In this document: piece by piece, positions 38,799 to 52,474 of the stretch
How the letters are laid out: every line of letters begins with the position of its first letter
How positions within the stretch are numbered: position 1 is the stretch's first letter
Source: Octopus sinensis
Taxonomy: Eukaryota
Assembly: GCF_006345805.1 (NCBI RefSeq)
Contig: NC_042997.1
Coordinates: 45,446,001 to 45,510,000, forward strand
Direction: 5' to 3'
DNA length: 64,000 nucleotides
Position numbers and translations under genes: made by a program
Notes under the pieces: generated by a model
The model's input: the letters and a program-made list of their open reading frames with translations, nothing else
What the model was told of the DNA's origin: nothing
Database searches by the model: none

Positions 38799-39660
38799 GT
38801 GCAGTTTTAAGATTTTCAACTCTTGAAAATGAATCCATAATGGAATACAAACACAGAAAATATGAAAAGAAAATAAGTTTCTGTAAGCTTCCAATGAAAG
38901 TTACACACAAACACACACACATACATGTATAAAATATATTTAAGGCATATTTGAACCTTAAAAGGCTTTTAGCAGCAGTTTTTCACAGAGAGAAGATTCT
39001 TGCTCAAGTCAGAATGGAGTCAAAAGACCATAGTCAACTTAAGAGCACTCCTTATTGGACAGGTGATTGTATTTTGAATTTTTCAGCTCTTTTCTGCACC
39101 AGATCCCTTTTGTGAAATCAAATACCTTTCAAACATATTTCAACTTGTCTTAAATCTGTTTACACTCAGACACAGCTTTGCGCATCTACGCATGAATTTG
39201 TTCTAGCCTGGCAGCTAACATGTACCATCTGACAATAATATTGACTGATTTCTTATGAAGGCAACTTCACTTCCAAGTCATGTCAGAGTTGTCGCTCTTT
39301 GGTATCTGGTGCTGAGAGAACTAAAAAGTTCACAATGCATCCTTCAGTTTAGTTGAAGGTGCTCTGAGCAACCTAAGGTGTTTTGACACCATTTTGTCTT
39401 AAGCAAGTCTATTTTTTTCATGGCAACAGCAGCGAAAAATCTTTTAATGGTTCAAATATCTCTCGAGTATATTTGATTTTGTTCAATCATTCTCAGTCAC
39501 TGCTTTATGTATCTATACACAAATATATATATTTAACGTTTTGATAATACTAAGAGAAACATTAAGTAGAGTAATCCCATAAAGAATTTCAGAATGTAAA
39601 TTTGATGAGATCTCCCAATATAGCTTGTGTGGTATAAAAACCAAACAACTGACAACTCAC

Positions 39661-39749
39661 CACTTCAGAAACCCAAAGCAATCACAAATTATAAAACAAG
39701 TATTCAGTCTCAGACAACTTGCAGCAGTGGGATGGGAACGGGCCCCATC
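39661..39749 (-). CDS. Possible exon (DGARSHPTAASCLRLNTCFIICDCFGFLK)
   Basis: Consensus donor gtgagt. The phase 0 to 2 frame exactly bridges the 47331 and 36203 exons, but the acceptor (ctggag) is weak and uncertain. Confidence 0.4.
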
Positions 39750-40729
39750 CTCCAGAGCAAAGCAATAAAAGAAAACAAAAGACACAAACATTAAAAAACT
39801 ACATTAATTCCATGTAATTTCTAGATGACACTCAAGGTCTCATCCAAGACAGCAGATCAACTTCATTCAGCCATTGAGCCATAAACAATTGTTTTTCAGT
39901 GAACCATAAAAAGTGTTCAGCATGGATATGTGGCATGAAGTGGTAGCAAAAAAACTGACAGTAACATTTATTTAAGCATTTGGTGAATAAAATACTGAAC
40001 TATTAAAGCAAATTATGATTTAAACATAGCCATTATGTTGCATTCAATACACATTACATAACTCAGCTTTGTTGATACTCTCATTCAAACAAACTATTAA
40101 CACTAAGAAGGCTATCTATGTGTTTTCTGACAGTTTAAATAGGAATATATAATATATCTGTAAAAGTTCAGACTCTGGCAAAAAAAAAAAAGAAAAAAGA
40201 AAGAAAGAAAACAAGAAAGAAGAGTAAAATTATGGAAAGCCAAAGAAAATGGTAAAATATTTCAATATCTTGATAACGCAATGATTGTCAATTTCCATTT
40301 CTAGTTAAGCTGATTTTAGAACTGGTCAGGTCTCACATATTGATCTCGGCTAGAAGAGAGATCAATTTATTATTGTCATTACTATTATTATTATTATTAT
40401 TACTACTAATAGAAACCAACTTGCATCAATGTATCAAACTATATACCAATCCCAGTCCATGGTTGAATTGTTTGCAATGGGAAGTGTATTAGCTTGAAAA
40501 TATTCATATAGAAAATAACCAAATTTCAACGATGTCAACAACAACACAGATATCATCCAAACCATGCTCACAAAATACAAAAAAAAAAAAAATACAAAAA
40601 AATAAATAAAAAAGAGAAAGTGAATGGAAATTATTGGCAAACATATAATAAAAATCAATTCTATATCTCTGAAATCGTAAACAAACCAGAATGACTTATA
40701 AGAAGAAAAAAAAATTGAGATATACACAT

Positions 40730-40762
40730 TTTCTGATATATATATATATGTGTGTATATATG

Positions 40763-40794
<32 letters not shown>

Positions 40795-40850
40795 TACACA
40801 CACACACATGCACAAAGATACATACATACATATATGTATATACGTTTTAT

Positions 40851-40881
<31 letters not shown>

Positions 40882-41445
40882 CACACACACATATATATAC
40901 ACACACACACATATACATAGATATATACACATACACATATATAAACATATACATATATACTTACATATACACAGATATATATACACACATATATATAAAC
41001 ATATGCATACACACACATACATATACATGTGTACATACATACATACATTCATACACACATATATACACACACACACACACACACGCACAGATACATACAT
41101 ACATATATGTATATATGTTTTATACACACACACATATATATATACACACACACATATACATAGATATATACACATACACATATATACACATATACAAACA
41201 TATACATAGATATATATATACACACATATATAAACATATGCATACACACACACACACATATATATACACACACACACACACATATACATAGATATATACA
41301 CATATATAAACATATACATATATACTTACATATACATAGATATATATATACACACATATATATAAACATATGCATACACACACATACATACACAAGTATG
41401 TGTACATGTGTACATACATACATACATACATACATACACACATAG
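40730..41445. repeat. Compound (TA)/(CA)/(TACA) microsatellite
   Basis: Directly visible; the source of several spurious ORFs. Confidence 0.95.
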
Positions 41446-41999
41446 ATAACCGTGGAATTGCTGGAACGGGGAAGAAATAAGTTGTGTATAACAAACAGAT
41501 GAAGAAAAGGTGATGTGCATTATTTAATTTCCTGGAAACTCTTAACAACGTTTAGATGACTTGAATCCATAAACACAGAACTTGTACCAAATCATACATA
41601 CATGCTCTGCACAATCTATTTACAGACTCATGCTGTTTTGCTTAAAACAAAACACACACACACACATACACATATTTTAAAAGAAATCTGAATAATAATA
41701 AGAAAAAGAAGCTTTTTTTTTTTTTTTTTCGCTTTCATTTAGAAATTGCTCACAATTATTTTTACATGCCAGGATGGGTTTTGTTAGCTATATAAGCTTT
41801 GAAACATTTCAATAAATTGCTACTTAAAGGGAAGTATTTTACAGTTTGGCAATCTGTCTTATATCAACTATTAAACTGTTTAGTGAAATTAGCCCATTTT
41901 TATTCCAACTTTCAGTTTTTGATTGTTTCAAGTGTCCTACACACATAAATGTACATGTGTGTGCACTTAGGTATGTCTTTCAAAATGTGACCTCATCTG

Positions 42000-42190
42000 T
42001 ACCGTTGGTGATTTTTTTCCCTCTGTCTTCCTTTCTCTGGATCTTTCCTTCTCCTATGTTTCCGACGAAGAGCTCCGCTCGAAACATTAAACCCTCCCCT
42101 CCTTCTTTCCTTAGCGTCCAATAATACTATATTTGTTCCACGTCCTCACGTTGTTGTGTTTTTTTGTGCTTTCTTGCTTGGATTAACTTG
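42000..42190 (+). mobile_element. Penelope-like element terminal fragment with a hammerhead-like core
   Basis: gttt-ccgacga-a-gagc(tcc)gctc-gaaac-att-aaac at 42058-42092, followed by a pyrimidine-rich tail and a (TA)n run. Family assignment is by recalled similarity. Confidence 0.5.
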
Positions 42191-42225
<35 letters not shown>

Positions 42226-42514
42226 CATACACACATACATATCGTACTTTGACCGATCATTTATACCTCATCTCCCTATTGTAAAGTTGGTACCTCAAGG
42301 TTTGTTCGTTTTGCACCCAGTACATGCAATAAATGGTTGACATTAGGAAAGGAATGCAACCATAGAAACCATGCTGAAGCAGATACTGAAGAAGGATGCA
42401 GTTCTTGGACACCACTGGATCCTGTCAAATCAGCCAACATGTAGCAGCATGGAACGTGGACTGTGGTCATGCACACCACTTACATGTTTTTTTTTTGTTT
42501 ACTGTACTGACACC

Positions 42515-42640
42515 CAGCCAAGAGCTCTGTGCGAATCACACCTTTTCACAAACATACAAGCAAATAAACAAACTGGGGTTTGAAAGGTGTACGTTGGACA
42601 CTCCATCAAACTCTCCAGACATTTTACCATGCAGTGTAAT
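42515..42640 (+). pseudogene. Short mariner transposase relic
   Basis: CANHTFSQTYKQINKLGFERCTLDTPSNSPDILP resembles NARPHT...LGWEVLPHPPYSPDLAP. Confidence 0.4.
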
Positions 42641-42845
42641 TCTTAAACTATTTTGTTTAACTTTTCTTCTCTTCACAGAATTCATACATTTTCCCTCAGT
42701 TTCCTATTTCATTTTAAACCTTTTGTTGCTTATTAAAACGGTTCACATCCCTATGTAACTTTCTCACACACTTTACACACATATATCACAACCTCCATAA
42801 TGCTCTTTTCATCCCTTTTCATTCATCAATATCTTTTTACCCCTT

Positions 42846-43265
42846 AAGGCGGCAAGCTGGCAGAAACATTAGTACGCCAGGAAAAATGCTTGGCGGTATT
42901 TTGTCAGTCATACCAATATTTCGACTGCCGCTACGTTCTGAGTTCAAATTCCGCCGAGGTCGACTTTGCCTTTCATCCTTTCGGGGTCGATAAATTAAGT
43001 ACCAGTTACGCACTGGGGTTGATGTATTCGACTTAATCCGTTCGTCTGTCCTTGTTTGACCTCTCTGTGTTTAGCCCCTTGTGGGTAGTAAAGAAATAGG
43101 TATTTTGTCAGTCTTTACATTCTGAGTTCAAATTCCACCGTGGCCAACTTTACCTTTTATCCTTTGAGGGTTGAGAAATTAAGTACCAGTTGTGTACTGG
43201 GTTTAATCTAATCAATTGACCCCCTCCCCAAAACTTCTGGGCCTTGTGCCTTGAGTAGAAAAGAA
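42846..43265 (+). mobile_element. Two family B SINEs (one complete, one 5'-truncated)
   Basis: ggcggcaagctggcagaaac head, B-box gagttcaaattcc, and the gtcgactttgcctttcatcctttcggggtcgataaattaagtaccag domain. Confidence 0.88.
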
Positions 43266-44534
43266 TATCTTTTTACTCTTTGTATTCATGCTCAGTCTCA
43301 CCTCCACACATACATGCTTTCTTGCCAACCACATAACGATTACACATACACTCATATATACACACTCACACATACTCTAAAACTACACCACTATACTTCC
43401 ACATTTGCACATCTCGACACACAACTCGCTAAAATATACAAGCACCATTACCCCACTTATGCCTACTTACTGTACTCAGAACTCTACTACTTGGGTTACT
43501 TTGAATGAGTACATGTGTGTGTGTGTGTGTATATGATTCATCTGTGTTGAGAAATCTATATTTTATTTAGTGGCCATTGCATTGTTGATAACACACTTCA
43601 GTGACCAAAATGTTTTCTAATTTGATTTGTCAGGTCAACCTCATTAATTGGTTGTAATCCTAAAATATTTTATATTGACACAACTTTGGAACTGTGAACC
43701 ATTAAAAGGAAGTAGATAAGTTTCGAACTTGGAACTCTAAAATTTAATACAGTATTCACCAAGTCATTTAAATACAAATACCGATCGTTAAAAATTTCCA
43801 AAGTTTTTTTTTTATACTTTATAAAACATGTTTCTACACTTTCACCAACGAAATATGGTTAAAATAACATTTATTTTATTTTATTTTGGTTTTATCTGTG
43901 TACATTTATTTTTGAAAAATCACAATTTTTGTTTTCTTAGTTTGTTTTTTGCTTTTTTTTGAAAAGACCTTATTTAATCATGCAGCAGATTATAGAGAAG
44001 CGAAACCAATTTTTGAAGCTGAGACAGCCAAAATATAGAGTAAAAGATTATTTATTTTTGCTCCACTTTCTAACCTTGGTTATGAATTATAATTCATTAG
44101 AAGTTTAAAAAAATTGGAATGAAAGAGCAACAAAGAGCAGCTTTTCAGAATGGGTAAAAAAAGGAAAATGATAAACAAATCATTTAGCTGAAGGCATCAT
44201 TATATTGGCTGGTTATTAAATAGTTGGCCATATCATTAACTATTGGTGTGATGATGGAGGTACAGAAATCCACTGTTGAAAACCACTCAATGAGAAACAT
44301 AAGCAGTCAACAGTGGAGAAAAAAATATACAATTTCAATAAGTAATCAGAGTAATGAAAATGTCACTAACTCTTATTATTTTTGTTTGTGTTCAGTTTTA
44401 GAAAGATTTATTGAATAAAACGATGGACAAATTTTGTAAGAGAAAATGTAGGTTCAGCAGAATAAACTCCAAAATATTACAGGCACTTCATTGAATCAAA
44501 GACGAAGGGAAGATAAAAGCTAGTAATAATAATC

Positions 44535-45461
44535 ATGGTTTCAAATTTTGCCACAAGGGCAGCTATTTTAGGGGAGGGGATAAGTCGATTACATCAACCC
44601 CAGTGTTAAACTGGTGCTTATTTTATCGACCCTGAAAGGATGAAAGGCAAAGTTGACCTCAGTAGAGTTTGAACTCAGAATGTAGAGATGAGTGAAATAC
44701 TGCTAAGCATTTTGTCCGATGTGCTAACAATTCTGCTAGCTCACTGCAAATAATAATGGTAATAATCCTTTCTACTAAGGTGGTGAGCTGGCAGAATTGT
44801 TAGCATGCCAGGCAAAATGCTTAGTGGTATTTCATCTGTCTTTATGTTCTGATTTCAAATTCCGCCAATGTTGACTTTGACTTTCATCCTTTCAGGATCC
44901 ATAAATTAAGTACCAGTTGTGTACTGGAGTTGATCTAATTGACTGGGCCCCTCCCCAAAAATTTTGGGCCTTGAGCCTAGAGTAGAAAAGAATAATCCTT
45001 TCTACTAAAAGCACAAGGCCTGGTATTTTGGGAGAGGGGACTAGTCGATTACAACGACCCCAGTGTTTCACTGGTACTTAATTTATTGACCCCAAAAGGA
45101 TGAAAGGCAAAATCAACCTTGGTGAAATTGGAACTCAGAACATAGTATCATACTACTAAGCATTTTGTCTGGTGCGTTAATGATTCTGCCAGCTTGCTGC
45201 CAATAATAATATTAGTAGTAATAATGATGATGATTTCTTTTAAGTAATTGTTTCTCGTATGAACAGAAGGCCTGAAATTTGGTGGGAGGGGCCAGTCAAT
45301 TACATTGACCTCAGTGCTCAATTAGAACTTATTTCATTGTGCCCGAAAAGGACAAAAGGTAAAAACAAGCTTACTGAAATATGAGCTCAGAACTTAAAGA
45401 CAGACAAAATGCCACTACTAAGCAGTATGTCTGGTGTGGTAATGATTCTGCCATCCCACCA

Positions 45462-45462
<1 letters not shown>
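44535..45462. mobile_element. Cluster of four family B SINEs in mixed orientation (-,+,-,-)
   Basis: 44535-44747 (-), 44778-44990 (+), 44995-45201 (-), 45265-45462 (-). Confidence 0.85.
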
Positions 45463-45511
<49 letters not shown>

Positions 45512-45982
45512 TAATAATAATAATAATAATAAGCAAATAAATAAATAAACCTTGTTTGCATTTGAACTTAAAAACTGACTTAGCATCTCTAAGCATCCAA
45601 TCCAACTCCCTGATGTATCAGTCACTTCAACTGCATTACACAGTGTAATCATAAATGTGAATGTGAGCTTCCCTAGAGGCTTTTTAGAGTCAGTACTTAT
45701 ATTCTGTTTTTAGGATAATAAGCAACTGAAAGAGATAACTTTATCTCAAGTAACCTTCTCAAATAACCTGGGTACTACTTATTCCCAAAAGCTAGATGAA
45801 GTGAGGTGTGTAAACTGCTTTCAGTAATTAACTCCAAAAACGTACCACGAGGGAAGGAATTACTGTTAAGAATTAGTTCATTGAACTAAACTATTGATTT
45901 AACAATTGCGCCTTAAATAATTCTGTTTTCTGCAGCAAACTGTGTTGTTTTTATTATGCTTATCAATTTCATAAATAAGCTG

Positions 45983-46042
45983 CTGTCAAACACTGTCAAA
46001 CACTGTCAAACACTGTCAAACACTGTCAAACACTGTCAAACA
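45983..46042. repeat. Perfect tandem repeat (CTGTCAAACA)x6
   Basis: Six identical 10-bp units. Confidence 0.97.
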
Positions 46043-46230
46043 CATAAAAAGAAGAAGAAAAAAACCTTTTAAATTAACCAAAGTGATGATTTTGTTTTTC
46101 TTGTTTGAAAAGCCAAAATGTTTTAATTCAATTCTGGAGATAATCTCAAATTTTAATGAGAAATTGATTCTTATTAAAGCCCCCCACCACTCACCAAAAT
46201 TTACGTTTTCAAAGAATACTTCTGCATCTG

Positions 46231-46274
<44 letters not shown>

Positions 46275-46458
46275 CCCCACATATTTATCATCATTGTTGT
46301 AATGTCTACTTTTTCATGCTTGCATGGGTCAGGTGGAATTTGTTGAAGCAGATTTTCAATGGCCAAATGTTCTTCTAATTACCAGACCTCATCAGTTTCT
46401 AAGCAAGGTAATATATCCCCATGGCTGAACACGTTCTCACAGAATATTGGAAATGAAG

Positions 46459-46738
46459 GCTGGTGGCACGTAAAAAGCACCATCCGATCGTGGCCATTGC
46501 CAGCCTCGCTTGGCCCCTGTGCCGGTGGCACGTAAAAAGCACCATCCGACCATGGCCGCTTGCCAGCCCCGTCTGTCACCTGTGCCGGTGGCACATAAAA
46601 AGCACCATCTGACCATGGCCGTTTGCCAGCCCCGTCTGGCACCTGTGCCAGTGGCACATAAAAAGCACCCACTACACTCACGGAGTGGCTGGTGTTAGGA
46701 AGGGCATCCAGCCGTAGAAACATTGCCAGATGATGATG
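46459..46738 (+). mobile_element. 5'-truncated RTE 3'UTR with an expanded ~57-bp unit array
   Basis: Four ggtggcac(g/a)taaaaagcacc cores, then the same ccactacactcacggagtgg...gaagggcatccagccgtagaaac end as the full RTE. Confidence 0.88.
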
Positions 46739-47330
46739 AAGGCCTCTGTAAGTATCACACTTTTTCAAAACAAGCAGACACACACACATACATAGATACA
46801 TATATGAATAAGAATGTGTAGTAATAAGTTTGTTATCCAGCCATATGGTTCCAGGTTTAGTCCTACTGCGAGGCACCTTGGGTAAGTGTCTTCTACTATA
46901 GCCTCAAGCCAATCAAAGCTTTGTGAGTGAAGAGACCGATAGTAAAAATACTGAGCTTAAAGAAAAAAGGAATTACTGGGGTCAATTCGTTCGACTAAAA
47001 GATTATTCATGATGGTGCTCCAGCATGGCCACAGTCTAGTGACTGGAAACGAGTAAAAGATAAAATGTAAATATGGTGACTTGTAGTGGAGGGAATCCAA
47101 ATAATTCTGATGTTCATGCATTTTGAAAGACAGAAAGTATGGAAGCTAAGAGAAAGCATTCCGGTTGAGAACAAATATAGAATGATCTTGTTTTAATCCA
47201 CATTAAAATTCATTTTGCTGCCCTTGCATTTGTTAATACCAGTGGAAAAGGTACTTGAAATCAAAATTTTCAATTTTTGGCAAACAGTGACCAGAACTCA
47301 GTTGAGAACACACAATACTTTATAACTAAC

Positions 47331-47410
47331 AGGCTGCTGAGAGAAGGGAAATTCTGTGTGGTCATCCAACTTGCTACAATAAGCAGCTAGATTTCCATCA
47401 TCAAATCCTG
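47331..47410 (-). CDS. Exon of the minus-strand gene ((A)GFDDGNLAAYCSKLDDHTEFPFSQQP)
   Basis: Acceptor ctcttctcttttttatgacag (NAGNAG) and donor gttagt. Phase 1 to 0, matching the upstream exon. Confidence 0.8.
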
Positions 47411-48775
47411 CTGTCATAAAAAAGAGAAGAGTGCACTGGATAATATAGTTTGACATACAACTATTTCTGAATGAAAAAAGCAAGTTGATCATAGTTGGAA
47501 TTTATTTGATGATAAGTCTACCAAATCAGAGGTGAATTGGGTAAAACACTATTATAACTACCACTAACAAGTTCACATTACCAGACTAAACTTTGACATA
47601 GTCCTCCAAACATTTGAGCCCCTTGATAACATTAATATCAGAAAATACCATTAACTCTTTTAGAAAATATGTCATAAATTAGACTGTTATTGGATATGCT
47701 CCATGCAACAGTCCAGTTTGATAGAAGCTGATTAAAGCTAACTGAAAGTAATAAAAACGACGATATATATTGAAGACACTTGTCTATAGTAAGGAAAGTA
47801 TAATGTTTTATTTGGTTATTAATCAATGTTTTTATATAATCTTACTGCAGTATTGCATCTGCATATCATTTTGTTTCTGTTATTCCATTTCTATTCCAAA
47901 AACTACATTCATTAGTAATATCGATCTTAATTTTAAAAAACATGTGTCCTCTCCATATGAACTGTCATACTTTATGACTATGTGTATATATATATATATA
48001 TATGTGTTAAACGATGATGATGATGATATATATATATACATACACACACATAAACAAACAAACAAACAAGATTGGTTTATTATATGTACTTCATGCCATC
48101 ATATATGACCAGTAAAAAGAGAAAAAAAAGTTTCCAAATACACTAAGGGGTTAGTGAAATGCTTTGGTTTCATAACATTAATTAGATGAGACATTTTCTT
48201 CAAATAGAAAGTCTGTTTCATTCTTTTTATCCTCATCTTCACAATTGGGAAATGAGGCTTCAGTGATTCAACGCCATTGAAATGAAGCTTCAGGAATTCT
48301 TTGCACCTTGCCTCCGTGTAATACATATATTTTTCTCAGCTTCAATTACCCAACTACTCCAAACTTTTGCTTTCTGTGTGAAGTTAATTTGTAAGGGTTA
48401 GTAAAATCATGTAATTTTATTCCTATCTGTAAAAGCTTGGTGAAAAATGCTTGAAGTGGATTTGAACTCAAGAGCTAAGAGCTAGTATTTCAATACTCTT
48501 ATCTGTTCAACAATTTCACTAGGACATAATTATGACATCTGGTATGGAGCTTGAGGTGATGGAGTTCAATTTCCAATATAATCCTATATTTTCATTATTA
48601 ATTAACAAATAGCAGAATCCTACTTCATGCTTTTCCAATGAGGAATCTATCATGCAACTCTTTAAAAGAAATATATACATATTTAAACAAATTAAATAAA
48701 TCTTTCAATTAATAAACTTAACCATTTACACATAGAGTGTGTTAAAGTATATTAATATAACTTTATTACACTTAC

Positions 48776-48801
48776 CAAATGCTAATTTCAGAAGACAATG
48801 A
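48776..48801 (-). CDS. 26-nt exon of the minus-strand gene ((S)HCLLKLAF)
   Basis: Acceptor taattttaacag and donor G|gtaagt. Phase 2 to 1 links both neighbours. Confidence 0.78.
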
Positions 48802-49202
48802 CTGTTAAAATTACCAATAGAATAAGTAATGGAAAAGCTAATAAAATTAAAATCTTCAATGAATGCAAACAATGATGATTATAATTGTAACTGAGTAAAT
48901 CAGCAACACTATTATACATTTATATCAGTTGCAAAGTAAAGAACCGACAGTTACACATGCAGAATTTACATGCAAACCAGCGGCGAGCAAATTGTAGTAA
49001 GTAATAAAACAACAAACAGGCAAGGATCTATTCAGATAGCCTACCTTTGTGCAAAGATGTGATGTACTCTGTAAAAATGAATAAATTTGAATCAACAATT
49101 AAAGAGAGCAGACAATTTAATTGATCTATATTAACAATGGTTAGTGTGTGACAGCAGTAAACCAAAAACGAATGCTGGTACATATATATATGTATATATA
49201 TA

Positions 49203-49243
<41 letters not shown>

Positions 49244-49375
49244 TAAAGAAGACAACAGAATTATCAAGAGCAAAGCATATAAGGCATGGTAATAAAATGG
49301 AAAGAAAAAAGAAAAAGAAAACACGAAATCAACTCCCTGAAGAATAAATTCAAGATACGACAGTTTTTGTCTTAC

Positions 49376-49419
49376 CTTGTACACAATTTTTCTTTACTAG
49401 AATGATATATGAGAACAGA
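49376..49419 (-). CDS. Exon of the minus-strand gene (SVLIYHSSKEKLCT)
   Basis: Acceptor tttttcttccttttatattcacaag and donor AAG|gtaaga. Phase 0 to 2. Confidence 0.78.
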
Positions 49420-50038
49420 CTTGTGAATATAAAAGGAAGAAAAATACCAAAAATAGAACTGACAAGCTATATAATTATTTCAAACAAGAGAAATAAATAG
49501 CATTGTATATTAAATGTTTGACCATTCATAATTGGTGACATCCACTGATTAGAGATTAGTTCTATTACCATCAGAAAAACTGGAAATTTAAATTGCAGTC
49601 TTCAAATTTTCCCCCAGGGCATCACCAATGTTAGTCAAGTGAAATAGCTGTAACCAAGAATCAAAACCAGATTTATCTCCTATTCTACAATACTCATCAA
49701 AGTCGCACAGTGGAAGTTGTAATGTTTACTTCTACTCCCCACTCTCTCACAAACACACACGGTTACATACACACATACATTCACAATGGCATTGGACATT
49801 GTGTTCAAAGAGGGCTTTCTGGTGGTTGTCTATCTTCTTTTACCAGGGGATTTCTTTTATTCTGAGTGTATATAAATATATGAGAATTTTATAGAATATA
49901 GATTTTTCATTCTACTCAACAAAAATAAAAGAGGCGTGGAGGCTGGAAATTCCATTTATTATTGTTTGAAAGTGGCAAGACCTGAAATGACCATTTTGTT
50001 GTAGCACATAACAAAAGAGTGTGTGTGTATGTAAGTAT

Positions 50039-50345
50039 GCATGTATGCAAGTATGTATGTAAGTATGTATGTATGTATGTTTGTATGCATGTATGTATGC
50101 ATGTATGTATGTATGCATGTATGTAAGTATGTATGTATTTATGTGTGCGTGTATGTATGTATGTATGTATGCATGTATGTAAGTAAGTATGTATGTATGT
50201 ATGTATGTATGTATGTATGTGTGTGTGTATGTGTGAGTGTATGTATGTGTGTATGTATGTATGTATGTATGCATGTATGTATGTATGTATGTGTGAGTGT
50301 GTGTATGTGTAAGTGTATGTATGTGTGTATGTATGTATGTGTGTG
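50039..50345. repeat. (GTAT)n compound microsatellite
   Basis: Directly visible. Confidence 0.95.
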
Positions 50346-50674
50346 TGTAATGTGTATATATGAAAAAATTCACTCCCGAAGCCTTGGTTAGCTTGGGGTT
50401 GTGGTAAAAGAAACTTGCCCAAGATAGCTAAGCAAAAGCAAGAGAGGAAGATGTTTCTGCTCAGTTATCTGGCTTCACATTATAAATCCTTAAAATCCTT
50501 AAAAATGTTTTAGCCCGAAGGCCGTGGCCATGCCGGGGCACCACCGCTGTCTATCTTTTCTTTTTTTTTTCCCTTTGCTTAACTCTACTTTTAATTTACT
50601 ACAGTGTCCCCTTTCATTGTTCTCATCTTTCCTCTTCCTTTCATTTTATTTTGCCATCTCTTTTCCCCCTATAA

Positions 50675-50896
50675 CCCTTTAGTATTAAAACCAGCCATAT
50701 CTGGCCAAAACATTCTGCTCGTTTCATGTTCAAGCTGGCCAGATCCAGACTCTCACACTTAACCCACAATGACATTCTAAAAACATACTATCACATCATT
50801 AAAATCTGAAATGCATGAGATAACGCATGATTAATTCAAAACAATGTGAATAAAATAAAGCTTTACATTTAACAGAATGATCTGATTGCTAAAGGG
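50675..50896. mobile_element. piggyBac-like MITE
   Basis: Termini ataa|CCCTTTTAGTA ... TGCTAAAGGG|ttaa: CCC/GGG ends at a TTAA-like target. Confidence 0.65.
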
Positions 50897-51161
50897 TTAA
50901 ACACCAGCTAACTTGCACCATCACCCAGGTTATCTGCAATTGTCATCTGATCTAAAAGAAAGCTACTCAATCAAATATGGATTTTAAAGAAAATTTCATG
51001 GATGGATTTTCTGTTATCTGACAGATGTAAACAAGAAACTCTGAGTACAAGCCAAAAATTCTCACTTTTGAGAAAAAAAAAAATGTTATCCCACTACTGA
51101 GTACGTTTTTCTACATGACAGTTTACATTTGTGGGAACATATAATTGCCAGGCCCAGTCTG

Positions 51162-51293
51162 ATCCAGCAGTAGAAACACTGCCAGATCAGACTGGGCGTG
51201 GTGCAGCCTTCTGGCTTCCCAGACCCCAGTTGAACCGTCCAACCTATACTAGCATGGAGAACGGATGTTAAACGATGATGATGATGATGATGA
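51162..51293 (+). mobile_element. Short RTE 3'-end fragment with a (GAT)n tail
   Basis: Matches 30733-30864. Further copies at 58366-58456 (+), 63428-63688 (+) and 59298-59725 (-, with a longer variant 3'UTR). Confidence 0.88.
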
Positions 51294-51333
51294 TATACAC
51301 ACATACACAGATATACAAGTGTACACACATGTG

Positions 51334-51746
51334 TACTTTACTTTACTTTTACTTGTTTCAGTCATTTGACTGCAGCCATGCTGGAGCACCGCCTTTAGTC
51401 GAGCAAATCGACCCCGGGACTTATTCTTTTTGTAAGCCCAGTACTTATTCTATCGGTCTCTTTTGCCGAACTGCTAAGTGACGGGGACGTAAACACACCA
51501 GCATCGGTTGTCAAGCAATGCTAAGGGGACAAACACAGACACACAAACACACACACATATATATATATATATATACATATATACGACAGGCTTCTTTCAG
51601 TTTCCGTCTACCAAATCCACTCACAAGGCATTGGTCGGCCCAGGGCTATAGCAGAAGACACTTGCCCAAGATCCATGCAGTGGGACTGAACCCGGAACCG
51701 TGTGGTTGGTTAGCAAGCTACTTACCACACAGCCACTCCTGCGCCT
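51334..51746 (-). mobile_element. Family A SINE, full length
   Basis: Reverse complement of 24479-24892. Confidence 0.92.
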
Positions 51747-52474
51747 ATATATATATTAAAGATAAAAAGAGAAGCTGGAAAGTACCAACAAGAACATTTA
51801 TATAACCACAATTGTTTCATCTCCAAGATGCACTGCCATAACAGTGAACATCATGCTATCATTTTATACATTGCTATGTGTCCATGGACAGGTTTGTGGG
51901 CTTTGCCCCATGTGCTGTTAGTTGTTCTATGTCTGAGTAGTGCTATGAGTGTGTGTGCATGTAAGTGCAAAGTTGACATGCTTCTATATGCTTGTGTGTG
52001 TATATAAGTGCTAAATGGAAGTCTCTGATGTGTACATGAGTATATCTGTGTACAAATGTGTGTGTGTGTGTGTGTATAATCATGTGAGTGTATAAGTGTA
52101 TTTGCCTGCAGACATGTGAGACTATGGGTGTTAATGTACATTTGGATTTGTATGTCCTGTGGTGTGGGTGTGATGGGGCATGTGGGGGGGATCTTTAATT
52201 ATTACATGTTTTTTTTCCTTATAAAATACACACATACAGGAGGAGTAAATCTCTGTATATAATAACACATTAGAGAGTTGAAAATCTTCAGGTTAGGGGA
52301 GTGGTCAGACTCTATAAATGACAAATGCAGGAGATAAATCAAACAATTTCAGCAGCTCTAAATTTTGTGAAGCAAAGACAATGTGACAAAAAGTGAATCT
52401 TGCTTTAAAAACCAATAGGTGAAAACATGAAAGGGTTATCAAGTACATTGGTCTTAAACATCAGTGTTACTGAC

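Noticed and set aside
38560-38890. Diverged ~100-bp local duplication separated by (TA)n tracts
   Set aside because: No conserved frame or structure; an ordinary old tandem duplication.
38960-39480. Less AT-rich stretch that might be a transposase relic
   Set aside because: All frames are broken and I could not identify a diagnostic motif.
46459-46670. Regularly spaced repeats resembling a CRISPR array
   Set aside because: The spacers are homologous to each other, the array is part of the RTE 3'UTR, and there are no cas genes.
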